NCBI GenBank assembly: GCA_046484865.1
Contig: JAWOID010000071.1
Coordinates: 42,012 to 106,011, forward strand
DNA: 64,000 nucleotides
DNA from: Candidatus Krumholzibacteriia bacterium
Lineage (GTDB): Bacteria > Krumholzibacteriota > Krumholzibacteriia > LZORAL124-64-63
Direction of reading: 5' to 3'
Under the pieces are notes generated by a model that was not told where the DNA came from, searched no databases, and saw nothing but the letters and a program-made list of their open reading frames with translations. Below, one piece after another: positions 40,618-50,206 of this stretch. Within the stretch, counting starts at the first letter, position 1. Every line of letters starts with the position of its first letter. The position numbers and the translations under genes are program-made.

Positions 40618-41793
40618 CTAGAGCACCTCGAGGAACAGCGTCTTGAGATAGTGGGTCTCCGGGATGTTCACGAGCACCGGGTGGTCGGCCGCCTGCATGC
40701 CGTAGCCGCGCAGGACCACGCGGCGGGCCGACTGGCGCACCGCGCGGGTCACGCAATCGGCGAACAGGTCGGGGCCCACGTGATACGAGCAGGACGAGGT
40801 GGCCAGCAGCCCGCCCCGGCGCAGCCGGCGCAGGCCCACCCGGTTGATGTCGACGTACCCGCGCTGGGCGCCGGCCACCTCGCGGCGGCTCTTGGCGAAG
40901 GCCGGCGGATCGAGAACGAGCACGTCGGCCGCCTCGCGCGGCAGCGCCCGCAACCAGTCGAAGGCGTCGGCGACGACGATCTCGGCGCGGTCGGCGGCGA
41001 ACCCGTTCAGCCGCAGGTTCGCCTCGATCTGCCGGGCCGCGCCGGCGGAACTGTCGACGAAGGTCACGTGCTCCGCGCCGGCGGCGAGGGCGTGCAGCCC
41101 CCAGGCCCCGGCGTAGGCGAAGACGTCATGCATGCGACGGCCGACGCACCACCCCGCCAGGCGCAGCCGGTTCTCGCGCTGATCGAGGAAGAGACCGGTC
41201 TTCTGACCGGCCAGCGGATCCACGAGGAATCGCACGCCGCCCTCGCTCGCCTCCACGGGTCCGTCCAGCGGTCCGTGCAGCACGGCGCTCTCGGGCTGCA
41301 TCCCCTCGGCCGCGAGTTGCGATCCGTCGTTGCTCAGCACCACCGCCCGCGGCTGGAACAGCTCCACCAGCAGGCCGACGATCAGCTCGCGGTACAGATC
41401 GATGCCGCGGTTGTTCAGCTGGAGCACGAGCACGTCGGCGTAGCGGTCCACCACCAGCCCCGGCAGGCCGTCGGCCTCCGAGAAGACCAGCCGCACGGAG
41501 TTCGTGCCGGCGTCGAGCAGCGGCCGGCGGCGGGCCGCCGCCTCCTCCAGGCGGCCGCGAAAGAAGTCGCGGTCCAGCGGCTCATCGTGGAACGTGAAGA
41601 CCCGCACGGGGATGGGCGATCCCTCGCAGTAGACGCCGCGCGCGACGAAGCGGCCGTCGCCGTCCACCAGGTCGACCGGGTCCACGGCGGCCAGACGGTG
41701 ACGGCCGCCGCCGATGTCGCCGGGCAGGATCCACGGATGGCGCGCGCGCAGGCGGCGCACCGCCTCGGGCTTCAGGGGGAGGTTGCGCGGCAC
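40618..41793 (-). CDS. RlmI-like class I SAM-dependent rRNA methyltransferase
   Basis: PUA-like HPWI, SEADGLPGLVVDRY, GQKTGLFLDQRENR, LDPPAF, SSCS, DHP and YLK. Confidence 0.92.
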   Translation of the reverse strand: MPRNLPLKPEAVRRLRARHPWILPGDIGGGRHRLAAVDPVDLVDGDGRFVARGVYCEGSPIPVRVFTFHDEPLDRDFFRGRLEEAAARRRPLLDAGTNSVRLVFSEADGLPGLVVDRYADVLVLQLNNRGIDLYRELIVGLLVELFQPRAVVLSNDGSQLAAEGMQPESAVLHGPLDGPVEASEGGVRFLVDPLAGQKTGLFLDQRENRLRLAGWCVGRRMHDVFAYAGAWGLHALAAGAEHVTFVDSSAGAARQIEANLRLNGFAADRAEIVVADAFDWLRALPREAADVLVLDPPAFAKSRREVAGAQRGYVDINRVGLRRLRRGGLLATSSCSYHVGPDLFADCVTRAVRQSARRVVLRGYGMQAADHPVLVNIPETHYLKTLFLEVL

Positions 41794-41909
41794 CGCGTCA
41801 CCTCGGGCGAGTCCGTGGCACCGCCACACCTGGCGGCGGTTCCCGCAGCCGGCCGGCGTCGAGCATCGGGTGACGCGCGGGGCGATCGGCCGGGCGGCCG
41901 GGTTCGATC

Positions 41910-43913
41910 TCAGCCATCGCCGCCCTCCGCGACGGGGATCTCCAGGCGGGTGAAGGCCTCGTTCAGCGCGGAGACGCGCTCGCGGTCGCGCCCCTCCATG
42001 TAGTAGCGCAGAACCGCATCGGTGCCCGAGGCCCGCAACTCGAACCACTGCCCCTCCATCTCCAGGTAGGTGCCGTCGCCGGCCCGGAAGCAGCGCCGCA
42101 CCGGCGGCAGTTCCACCTGCGGGGGCAGACGCTCGGCGAGCGTGCGGGCCACCGCCTGCGGTTCGCGGCCCTCGAGCGCACCGAACCAGGAGACGACGGC
42201 GTGCTTGCGCGCATTGCCGTCGGCACGGGCACGCTCGCGTTCCTGGCCCTGCAACGTCTCGTCGAAGAGCGTGACGTCCCGCCGCTCGTAGAATCGGTAG
42301 CGGATGTCGTGCTCCTCGAGCAGGTCCAGGTAGGCTCCGGCAAAGCTCTCGCCGCGCCGGAAGAGGCGCGCCGCCGCGCAGAACGCCAGCACGCCCACCT
42401 GGCAGGCGTCCTTCTCCTTGGGCGCGAGGCTCAGGTGCTCGCCGCCGCGGCTGAGGACCGGCTCGGCGGGCCCCAGGGCGGCGCCGCCGCTCTCCTCGGC
42501 CATGATCAGAAGCCGGGGCTGGGCACCGAACTCGACCTTCGTGCCCGTCACGTCCTTCACCAGGGTGGTGCCGAGCCCGGCGGCGAGTTGCTGCTCGAGT
42601 TCCCGCACCAGCGCGGCGAAGTGCTTGAAGCCGACGGGAGTCTGGAAGGTGCGCAGGTTGCCGCCTTCGCGCGCGTTGTGGCTTTCGGCCAGCTCGGCGA
42701 TGCTGCGGGTGGTCGGGTAGGTCGTGGCCACGATCCAGTCGTAGCGCTCGAGGTCATCGCCCTGGCGGAGCGCCTCGATCTTCAGCGCCGTCAGCAGGAA
42801 GTAGATCTGGTTGGGCCGGAAGTAGACCAGACAGCGCGCCTCGCTCTCGCCGGCGGCGTCGGGTGCGTCCAGCGGCTCCACCTCCAGCCCCGCGTCGCGC
42901 GCCCTCTCCGCGAGGCTGGCGGGCGCCACGGTGACCATGTTGAAGCGGTCGCCGTCGGGATCCCAGATGAAGAAGACGTCGGCCTCGCGGCGCCCGAGCA
43001 CCTCCTGCGCGCCCACGTTCTTGTAGACCTGCCACTTGCCCGGATCCACGCCGTGGTTCACGCCGTCCACGATGCCGATGCCATGGTAGTCGGGGCTCTC
43101 CTCCGCATGGGTCAGGAAGACCGGCCGGCCGTCGCCGACCCCGATCCCCAGGGCATCGAACACGCGCTGTCCGGTCTGGCCCATGGAGCCGCCCTCGGTC
43201 GAGAAGGCGGCGCGGAAGCCGCGCTCGGCGGCCCGGGGCACCTCGGCCAGAAGCGGCGCCGGGATCACCTCGCGCAGCACCGCCACGTAGGCGTCCAGCG
43301 GATCGAAGTCGCGCCGGATGAGCGGGTCGTACGAGGGGGCCAGACGGATGGTGAGCCCCTCGCCGGCGGCGCGGGCCACCAGTTTCCGCACCTGGCCCGC
43401 GATCTCGTCCGCCATTCCCAGCAACTGCCCGCCGCCGGCGTCCATCGGCTTCCAGCCGCCCTTGTAGCTCGGGCTGTGGGAGGCGGTGAAGTTCTCGCCT
43501 CCGTCCAGTCCTTCGTGGAAGATGCCGAAGGAACTGAGCCAGATCGGCGTCGTGCGCATCTCCGGGGGCCGCAGATGCACCTCGATCCCGTGGGCCGCGT
43601 AGATGCGCGCGGCCAGGTCGATCAGTTCCTGGGTGTGCGGACGCACCTCCCCGCCCACGTGCAGCGTCCGCAGGCCCCGCTCTTCAGCGAGTTGCGCCCG
43701 CGCCTCCAGCAGAACGGCGATCGTCAGCCCGTTGAACGGCACGTCGAGCGCGAAGAGATCGTCCGGATCGAGCAGGTCGCGATAGCCGGCGGTCCCCAGG
43801 GCGAAGTCGCGCCCCCACCGTTCGAGCATGGCCTGGGCAGCGAGCGACGGATCGATCGTGATGATCTCCGCGCGGGCCGCGAACGGCGTGAACAGGGTTG
43901 CTGAACCGGACAT
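41910..43913 (-). CDS. Phosphoglucomutase/phosphomannomutase-family (alpha-D-phosphohexomutase) protein
   Basis: GTAGYR, TASHSP (phospho-Ser), DPDGDR (metal loop), VGFK, EESGG and RASGT. Confidence 0.85.
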   Translation of the reverse strand: MSGSATLFTPFAARAEIITIDPSLAAQAMLERWGRDFALGTAGYRDLLDPDDLFALDVPFNGLTIAVLLEARAQLAEERGLRTLHVGGEVRPHTQELIDLAARIYAAHGIEVHLRPPEMRTTPIWLSSFGIFHEGLDGGENFTASHSPSYKGGWKPMDAGGGQLLGMADEIAGQVRKLVARAAGEGLTIRLAPSYDPLIRRDFDPLDAYVAVLREVIPAPLLAEVPRAAERGFRAAFSTEGGSMGQTGQRVFDALGIGVGDGRPVFLTHAEESPDYHGIGIVDGVNHGVDPGKWQVYKNVGAQEVLGRREADVFFIWDPDGDRFNMVTVAPASLAERARDAGLEVEPLDAPDAAGESEARCLVYFRPNQIYFLLTALKIEALRQGDDLERYDWIVATTYPTTRSIAELAESHNAREGGNLRTFQTPVGFKHFAALVRELEQQLAAGLGTTLVKDVTGTKVEFGAQPRLLIMAEESGGAALGPAEPVLSRGGEHLSLAPKEKDACQVGVLAFCAAARLFRRGESFAGAYLDLLEEHDIRYRFYERRDVTLFDETLQGQERERARADGNARKHAVVSWFGALEGREPQAVARTLAERLPPQVELPPVRRCFRAGDGTYLEMEGQWFELRASGTDAVLRYYMEGRDRERVSALNEAFTRLEIPVAEGGDG

Positions 43914-44175
43914 GGCGCTCGCTTTCGCTGGCCTGCGGCCGTGGCCGCCGTGCGCATGAGGTGTGACGATCCCAGGTTAGGTGAATTTCGCCGCGTCCTC
44001 AAGCGCGCCGTCCGGGAGCGGGGCCCGGGAACAATGCGGCGACGACCTCCCTCCGCAGCGATGACCGCGGGGTTCGGCGGTCGCCGTGTCCTCCCGTCCT
44101 TGAGCCGCGACGCTCGAGGTGCCACACTTGCGGCAGTGCCTCCCCGTCAAGGGCCTCATCCCAGGAGCGAACCGC

Positions 44176-46308
44176 ATGCGCTACCCATTCCGGCGCCGCC
44201 AGCCGCATCGGCTCATCCGTGCCGGGACGCTGCCGTCCCTCGCCGTGCTGCTGACCTGCAGCGCCGCCATGACGGGCGCGTCTCCCGCAGCCGCGACACC
44301 GGCGGAACGGATCCCGGACCTCGTCGCCGCCGCCGGCACCAGTGTCGACCACGACGGTGCCGATGAGGTGGTGGTCTTCGACCGTACGGACGTGGACGTG
44401 GAGGACAGCGGCCTCTCGCACGTCGTGCAGCACCGGCTGGTGAAGGCCCTGACGGCAGCCGGCGCCCGCCGGCATGCCTTCCAGCGTTTCGATTACGATC
44501 CGGCCACCCAGTTCATCGAGGTGCGCCGGGTGCGCGTCTGGCGGCCTGGCGAGCCGCCGCGCGAGGTGAACCTGGCCGGGCTCGTGGACGTGACCGCACC
44601 GGCACACGCCATCTACTGGGGCGCCCGGATGCAGGGCCTGGCGGTTACCGATCTGCAGTGCGGCGATGCGGTGGAGACCGAGATCTACCGCAAGGGTTTC
44701 ATGATCGCCTACCTGGACGATGCGGGCGCGGCTGCCGCGGCGGGCGCCACGAGCGCGGGACCCGCGAGCGCGAGCGCCACGAGCGCGAGCGCCACGGGAG
44801 AGGCTTCGTCCGCCGCCGACGCGGAGGACGGACGCTACATCCCGCCCATGAGGGGCCACTACTACGACGTGATCCTCTTCCAGGAGCCGTCTCCGCTGCG
44901 CGAGAAGACGTACACGCTGCGGACGCCGCGCGACAAACCCGTGCAGTTCGAGGTCTACAACGGTCCCGTGCACACCGCGAGCACGTTCGATGCCGAGGGG
45001 TTCACCTACCGCTTCTGGACGGGACCGCAGCCCGCCGTGGTCCGCGAGTGGCGCAGCACCGCCGCTTCCGACCATGTCCCGAAGGTGGTACTGGCCACCG
45101 CCGAGGACTGGCCGGCCAAGTCGCGCTGGTTCCACGACGCCAACGTCGAGCAGTTCCACTCCACGCCGGCCATCGACGCGAAAGTGGCCGAGATCACCCG
45201 CGGTCTGAAGACCGACGAAGAGAAGATCGCCGCGCTCAACCACTGGGTGGCCCAGAACATCCGTTACTGCGGCCACAACATGGGCGAGGGCGAAGGTTAC
45301 ACCCTGCACCCGGGCGACATGGTGTTCACCGAGCGCGCCGGCGTCTGCAAGGACATCGCCAGCATGAGCATCACGATGCTGCGTGCGGCCGGCTACGAGG
45401 TGTATCCGGCCATGACCATGGCGGGCAGCCGGGTCGAGAGCATCCCGGCCGATCAGTTCAACCACAGCGTGGCGGCGCTGCGACGGCCGGACGGCACCTG
45501 GGAGATGCTCGATCCCACCTGGATCCCGTTCGCCATGGACAACTGGTCGCGGGCCGAGGGCGAACAGGACTTCGTCATCGGCACCCCCGAGGGTGAGCAA
45601 CTCATGCGCATGCCCGCCTACTCGCCCGAGGAGAATCTCGCCACCCTGCGTCTGCGCGGGCGTTTGCAGCCGGACGGCACCCTGGTGGGCACGCTCGACG
45701 TGGAGGGTCGCGGCCAGGCCGATGCCGGGCTGCGCCGCGCCGTCGCGCTCACTCCGCGCGACGAGGTGGCCGGCAGGCTGGCGGGCTGGCTGGCCGAGGC
45801 CGCCCCCGGCGCCGAGCTCACCGGGTGGCGGAGCGGCGATCCGGAGGACTTCTCGCGGCCCCTGTCGCTGGCGCTGGAGTTCCGCCTGCCGGGCCACGCG
45901 ATGGTCGGACGGTCCACGGCCTCGTGGCAGCCGACCCTGCCGGCGCTGGTGGGCTCCGGGTTCGCCGGCGTGTTCCGCGTGCCGGTGATGGAACTCGACG
46001 AGGATCGCACCACCCCGGCCCTCCTCTGGTTCGCCCAGCTCGTGGATCTGGACGAGGAGGTGGAACTGCCGCGGGGCTTCCTCGCCGCGGCGCCGGTCGC
46101 CGCCACCGGTCGCGCCGGCGACGAGACGAGCTTCGCCCGGGCCAGCGTGACCGCCACTGCCGACGGCCGCAAGCTGCGCTGCCGCGCCACCATGAGCTAC
46201 CAGCGCCGCACCATCGAACCCGACCGGTGGCCCGAGTTCCGTGCCGCCGTCGAGGTCCTGCGCACCCTGGGAGAGACCCGTTTCACCGGCCAGCGGCGGG
46301 AGGGCTGA
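44176..46308 (+). CDS. Secreted DUF3857 plus transglutaminase-like protein with intact triad
   Basis: Signal peptide; IRY, GVCKD (Cys), FNH (His) and LDPT (Asp). Confidence 0.88.
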   Translation: MRYPFRRRQPHRLIRAGTLPSLAVLLTCSAAMTGASPAAATPAERIPDLVAAAGTSVDHDGADEVVVFDRTDVDVEDSGLSHVVQHRLVKALTAAGARRHAFQRFDYDPATQFIEVRRVRVWRPGEPPREVNLAGLVDVTAPAHAIYWGARMQGLAVTDLQCGDAVETEIYRKGFMIAYLDDAGAAAAAGATSAGPASASATSASATGEASSAADAEDGRYIPPMRGHYYDVILFQEPSPLREKTYTLRTPRDKPVQFEVYNGPVHTASTFDAEGFTYRFWTGPQPAVVREWRSTAASDHVPKVVLATAEDWPAKSRWFHDANVEQFHSTPAIDAKVAEITRGLKTDEEKIAALNHWVAQNIRYCGHNMGEGEGYTLHPGDMVFTERAGVCKDIASMSITMLRAAGYEVYPAMTMAGSRVESIPADQFNHSVAALRRPDGTWEMLDPTWIPFAMDNWSRAEGEQDFVIGTPEGEQLMRMPAYSPEENLATLRLRGRLQPDGTLVGTLDVEGRGQADAGLRRAVALTPRDEVAGRLAGWLAEAAPGAELTGWRSGDPEDFSRPLSLALEFRLPGHAMVGRSTASWQPTLPALVGSGFAGVFRVPVMELDEDRTTPALLWFAQLVDLDEEVELPRGFLAAAPVAATGRAGDETSFARASVTATADGRKLRCRATMSYQRRTIEPDRWPEFRAAVEVLRTLGETRFTGQRREG

Positions 46309-46309
46309 C

Positions 46310-48397
46310 ATGACGTATCCGAGCATCGATCATCGCCGCGGACGATCGGGGCGCGTGCGCGCCGGCCGGGCCATCCTGCTGCTGCCGGTGCTGGCTCTGC
46401 TGCTCGCGCTGCCGGCGACCGCCGCGGCCGCACCCGCTCCCGACCCCGCGTCCGGGCCCGCCACGGACACCGCCATGCCCCGGCGTCCCGACGACGCCGC
46501 CGACCAGGTGGACGTCCGTGCCTTGATCGCCGCGGCGCCCGCGGCGGCCGATCTGCCGCGGGCCGACGCGGTGGACCTCCTCTGGCGCACCACCTGGCAC
46601 GTGGACGGCGACGGGCGGGTGACCCGCCGCGAGCACGTGGTGCGCAAGCTGTTCACGCCCTGGGCGGTGCGCAACCTGAGCGACCGCCGGGTGGCCTTCG
46701 ATTCCGCGCGGCAGTCGCTCGCCGTGCCGGTCTGCCGCACGTTCATGAACGACGGCACCGTCGTCACGACGCCGCCGCGGGGCATCAACGAGATCACCCC
46801 CGACGCGGTGGCCCGCGCCGCCGACTTCCTGGACGTGCGCGAGAGCGTCATCAGTCACGTGGGCACCGAACCCGGCTGCGTGACCGAGCTGATCTTCGAG
46901 GTGCGGGACCGCACGTCGCCGCCGCTGCCGGCGGGTGCCGTGCTGGATCTGGGCGGGCGCCACCCCGTCCTGAACCGGGAGGTGGTGGTGATTGCGCCGG
47001 GTGCCGTCCAGCACGCTTTGCTGGGCGCCGCCGGTCTCGGCGCCACGGCGGGGGTCTCGATCGAGGACGGAGTCACGCGACTGCGCTGCACGGCCGTTGA
47101 CGTGGCGGCCGTGCCCGACGAGGCGGGGTGGCTGGACCGGGGCGATGTCCTGCCCCGCCTGGTGGTGGCCACCGCGGCCGACTGGTCCGCACTCGTGAGT
47201 CGCTGGCGCGCCGCCGGCGCCGCCGCGCTCGGCGACACCACCGGCCTCGCGCGCTGGCTCCACGCCGCCGACCCCCAGGAGGAGACCGGCGGCGGGGACC
47301 TGCCCGCGGCACTGTCGCCGCTGGCGCCGGTGCGCCGTGCCGCCGAGGTGGCGGGCAAGCGTCTGGAGACGGTGGCGCCGCCCACCGGCATCTGGTCGCG
47401 GTCGCCGCGACCGGTGGCGCGCGTGCTGGCGACGGGAGGCGGCACGGCTTGGGAGAAGAGCCTGGTGGCCACGGCGCTCCTGGAGTCGGCGGGGCAGGCG
47501 GCCGAAGTCGTTTTCTTCAGCCCCGGCGCCAGTTTCGCCGCCGAGGTGCCGGCGGCCGAGCAGTTCGTCCACGCCCGGGTGGTGACGCCGGCGGCCGGGG
47601 AGAACTGGTGGATCTCGACCACCGGCGGCGAGGCGCAGGCGGGCCGCTACGACCTGCCGGGCCGGACCGGCATCCTGCTCGAGCAGCCGTCTCTCGCCCC
47701 CAGCGGCGGCCATCGGCTCGACATCGGACAGCCCACGCCCGTGGACGTGCTCGTGACGGCGGTGCTCCGGCCTGCGGGAGCGAGCGGGGGCGGAGAGACG
47801 CTCACGTCGGACGAGTTGCCGTGGCGGGTCGATCTCGAGTACACAGCTTCCGGCGGCGGCTGGCCGGCCGGTGACACCCCGAGCAGCATCGCGGAGCGGC
47901 TCGCATCGACCTGGCTGCACGGTTGCGAGGTCGACGCCGTGCACGAGCAGGAGGTCGTCGCCGGTGGCGGCGGCCGCGTGCGCGCGACGCTCCGTGGCGA
48001 AACCCCCGTCTCCCCGATCGACGCGTTTTACGAGCTGCCCCTGGCCGGCGGTCCGGCATCGCTGGCGGACCTCCTGCCGGCGGGATTCCGGGCCGAGCTG
48101 GCCGAGCGGCGCACACCGCTGCACGTGGAGCGACCGCTGTCCTGGGAGGTGCGTCTGCGGGTGGTCTTGCCCGACTCCCTCGCTGCCGATCACGTGCCGT
48201 CGGCGCGTCGGCTGGAGGCGGCCGGCACCGGCTTCACCTGCAGCAGCAGTTTGGACGAGCACGGCTGCGAGGTCCGCGCACGCCTGGAGGTGCCGGCCGG
48301 CCCGGTCTCCCCGTCGGACTACCCTGCCTGGCGGGAGGTGATGCGCGAGCCACTGCTGCCCCGCAGCCAGAGGCTGGTGCTGGTGCACACCCGCTAG
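46310..48397 (+). CDS. Secreted DUF3857-domain paralogue with degenerate transglutaminase site
   Basis: DUF3857-like N-terminus; VLATGGGTAWEKS in place of the G-x-C-x-D motif; starts 1 nt after the upstream stop. Confidence 0.72.
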   Translation: MTYPSIDHRRGRSGRVRAGRAILLLPVLALLLALPATAAAAPAPDPASGPATDTAMPRRPDDAADQVDVRALIAAAPAAADLPRADAVDLLWRTTWHVDGDGRVTRREHVVRKLFTPWAVRNLSDRRVAFDSARQSLAVPVCRTFMNDGTVVTTPPRGINEITPDAVARAADFLDVRESVISHVGTEPGCVTELIFEVRDRTSPPLPAGAVLDLGGRHPVLNREVVVIAPGAVQHALLGAAGLGATAGVSIEDGVTRLRCTAVDVAAVPDEAGWLDRGDVLPRLVVATAADWSALVSRWRAAGAAALGDTTGLARWLHAADPQEETGGGDLPAALSPLAPVRRAAEVAGKRLETVAPPTGIWSRSPRPVARVLATGGGTAWEKSLVATALLESAGQAAEVVFFSPGASFAAEVPAAEQFVHARVVTPAAGENWWISTTGGEAQAGRYDLPGRTGILLEQPSLAPSGGHRLDIGQPTPVDVLVTAVLRPAGASGGGETLTSDELPWRVDLEYTASGGGWPAGDTPSSIAERLASTWLHGCEVDAVHEQEVVAGGGGRVRATLRGETPVSPIDAFYELPLAGGPASLADLLPAGFRAELAERRTPLHVERPLSWEVRLRVVLPDSLAADHVPSARRLEAAGTGFTCSSSLDEHGCEVRARLEVPAGPVSPSDYPAWREVMREPLLPRSQRLVLVHTR

Positions 48398-48437
48398 CTC
48401 GCATGATCCTGAGCGGCCTGGAGATCCGGACCTCGAC

Positions 48438-48474
48438 CCGCGCCGGCGAGGACCAGTCGTCCTCGCCGGCGCGG
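48438..48474. terminator. 16-bp perfect stem-loop between convergent genes (possible bidirectional terminator)
   Basis: CCGCGCCGGCGAGGAC-CAGTC-GTCCTCGCCGGCGCGG. Confidence 0.7.
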
Positions 48475-48480
48475 CCCGGC

Positions 48481-50169
48481 TCAGCGATCCACCGCCACGA
48501 CCCGCCCGGTCGCCGGCACGAAGTAGGCCGTCGTCGTCCCGCTCCACCCCTGGCCGCGATCGAGTTGCACGCTGACGGCGAAGTACGGGTGGTCGGCGTC
48601 GATGTCCGTGAGCGCCGCGGCGGTGGCACCCGTCCCCAGCGGCACGCGAACGCCGTCCTGCTCCTGCCACGGCGTCCAGCGCCGCTCCTCGCGCCGGTGG
48701 TCTACGGCCGCCCAACGCACACGATAGCGCGTCCCCACCTCCGGATAGAGGTTCCGCTCCATGCCCAGATCCCGGAACACGACCGCATCGTCCGTCCACC
48801 GGAAGAAGTCGATCGGCGCCACCCGGTCGAACCAGGCGCGGGCCAGCTTGTCCCGGCGAGCCGCCAGGATCCGTACCATGTACTCCGCAGCCTCGGGTTG
48901 CCGGTAGCCGCCGGCGGCCACCGCCGCCCGCAAGTGATCGTCGTCGAACGCGGAGATCACCTTGGCCGCCCAGTAGCCGTCGCGGTCGGTGAGGTTGGCG
49001 AACGCGCTGTTGGGCATGGTCGGCTTCCACGCGAGCGGGTCCCAGAGCTCCACCTGCCAGAACCCCACCTCCGGCAGGTCGGCCGGACGGCGCAGCTGGA
49101 TCCAGGCGGGCATCCTCAGCCCCAGCCCCAGCGTGCGCCCGATGAAGACTCCCGGGTCGAACACGTACTCGAAACCGAAGCGCAGGATGTAGACGCCCGC
49201 CTGCGCGCCGAGCGTCGAGGCGAAGTCGATGAGGTGATGCACCACGTGACCCTCGCCCGGCTCGCCCACGTAGACGTCCAGGCTGTTGTGCATCTTGGTG
49301 TCGACGTGGTCCGTCCAGGCGGCGAACAGGCGCAGTGCCCGCAGGGAGCGGCGATGCTGGTGTGCGACGCGGTCGTTGGGGTCGTCCGACCTCGTACCCA
49401 TGGCATCGAAGGGCCCGATGATCTCGCCGTCCAGGAAGCGGCTCACCAGCGCCTGGTAGCGGCCGGCGCGGAACGCGTTCGCGGCCGTGAGCAACGAGTC
49501 GAGACGCGTCTCCGTCAGCTCGAATTCACCGCCGGCGCGGGCGCGCAGCACCAACCCGGGCGTCACCTGCAGCTGTTCGCGCCGGAAGCTGACCGCGTGG
49601 TCCTGAGGCACGTTGTAGCCGATGGCGTGGAAGAGACGCGAGGTCACCGGCGCCGCGCGGGTGGACAGCTCGGGGTACAGCGGCTCGTCGAACTTCATCA
49701 GGAAGCGGGTGCCCTGCACGTCCTCGATGACGAAACCCAGCGAGACGCCGGCCGACTTCGCCTGGACCACCCGCCAGGGGCCGCTGCAGTCCGGCCCCTC
49801 GCCGCCGGGTCCCGCCATCACCTCCGCCTCCGTCATCGGATACAGGCCGATGCGGTTGGTGAACCAGGTCGAGTCCATCACCTCGTCCAGGCTGTTCACG
49901 TCGGCCGCGGGGGGCGCGGGATCGGCCCCGAACAGGGCGCGCAGCCAGCGGCCGGGATCGAGCAGCCGACTGAGCGGACGCGAAAAGTTCGCGTCGATTC
50001 CGTACGCCAGCAGCGCCGGCTCATGCGGCTCCGGCACCGGGATCGCCGCGCGATCGTCCTCGACCCAGTGGGGGTGATCGTCGGCCAGCGGTTCGCGCGC
50101 GGTCGCCGGCTCGCCGCAGGCCAGCAGCAGAAGCGACCCCGTGACCGCCGCCAGCCGGGCAGCGATCAC
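48481..50169 (-). CDS. Uncharacterised lipoprotein with atypical (HipA/PI3K-like) kinase motifs
   Basis: GGAG RBS plus GTG; lipobox LLAC; KSAGVS, FLMKFD, GYNVP, DHVDTKMHN and LIDFAS. Confidence 0.65.
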   Translation of the reverse strand: MIAARLAAVTGSLLLLACGEPATAREPLADDHPHWVEDDRAAIPVPEPHEPALLAYGIDANFSRPLSRLLDPGRWLRALFGADPAPPAADVNSLDEVMDSTWFTNRIGLYPMTEAEVMAGPGGEGPDCSGPWRVVQAKSAGVSLGFVIEDVQGTRFLMKFDEPLYPELSTRAAPVTSRLFHAIGYNVPQDHAVSFRREQLQVTPGLVLRARAGGEFELTETRLDSLLTAANAFRAGRYQALVSRFLDGEIIGPFDAMGTRSDDPNDRVAHQHRRSLRALRLFAAWTDHVDTKMHNSLDVYVGEPGEGHVVHHLIDFASTLGAQAGVYILRFGFEYVFDPGVFIGRTLGLGLRMPAWIQLRRPADLPEVGFWQVELWDPLAWKPTMPNSAFANLTDRDGYWAAKVISAFDDDHLRAAVAAGGYRQPEAAEYMVRILAARRDKLARAWFDRVAPIDFFRWTDDAVVFRDLGMERNLYPEVGTRYRVRWAAVDHRREERRWTPWQEQDGVRVPLGTGATAAALTDIDADHPYFAVSVQLDRGQGWSGTTTAYFVPATGRVVAVDR

Positions 50170-50206
50170 AGGCACTCCGGGCGCTCGCCGGCGGCGGCGT
50201 CGTGTC

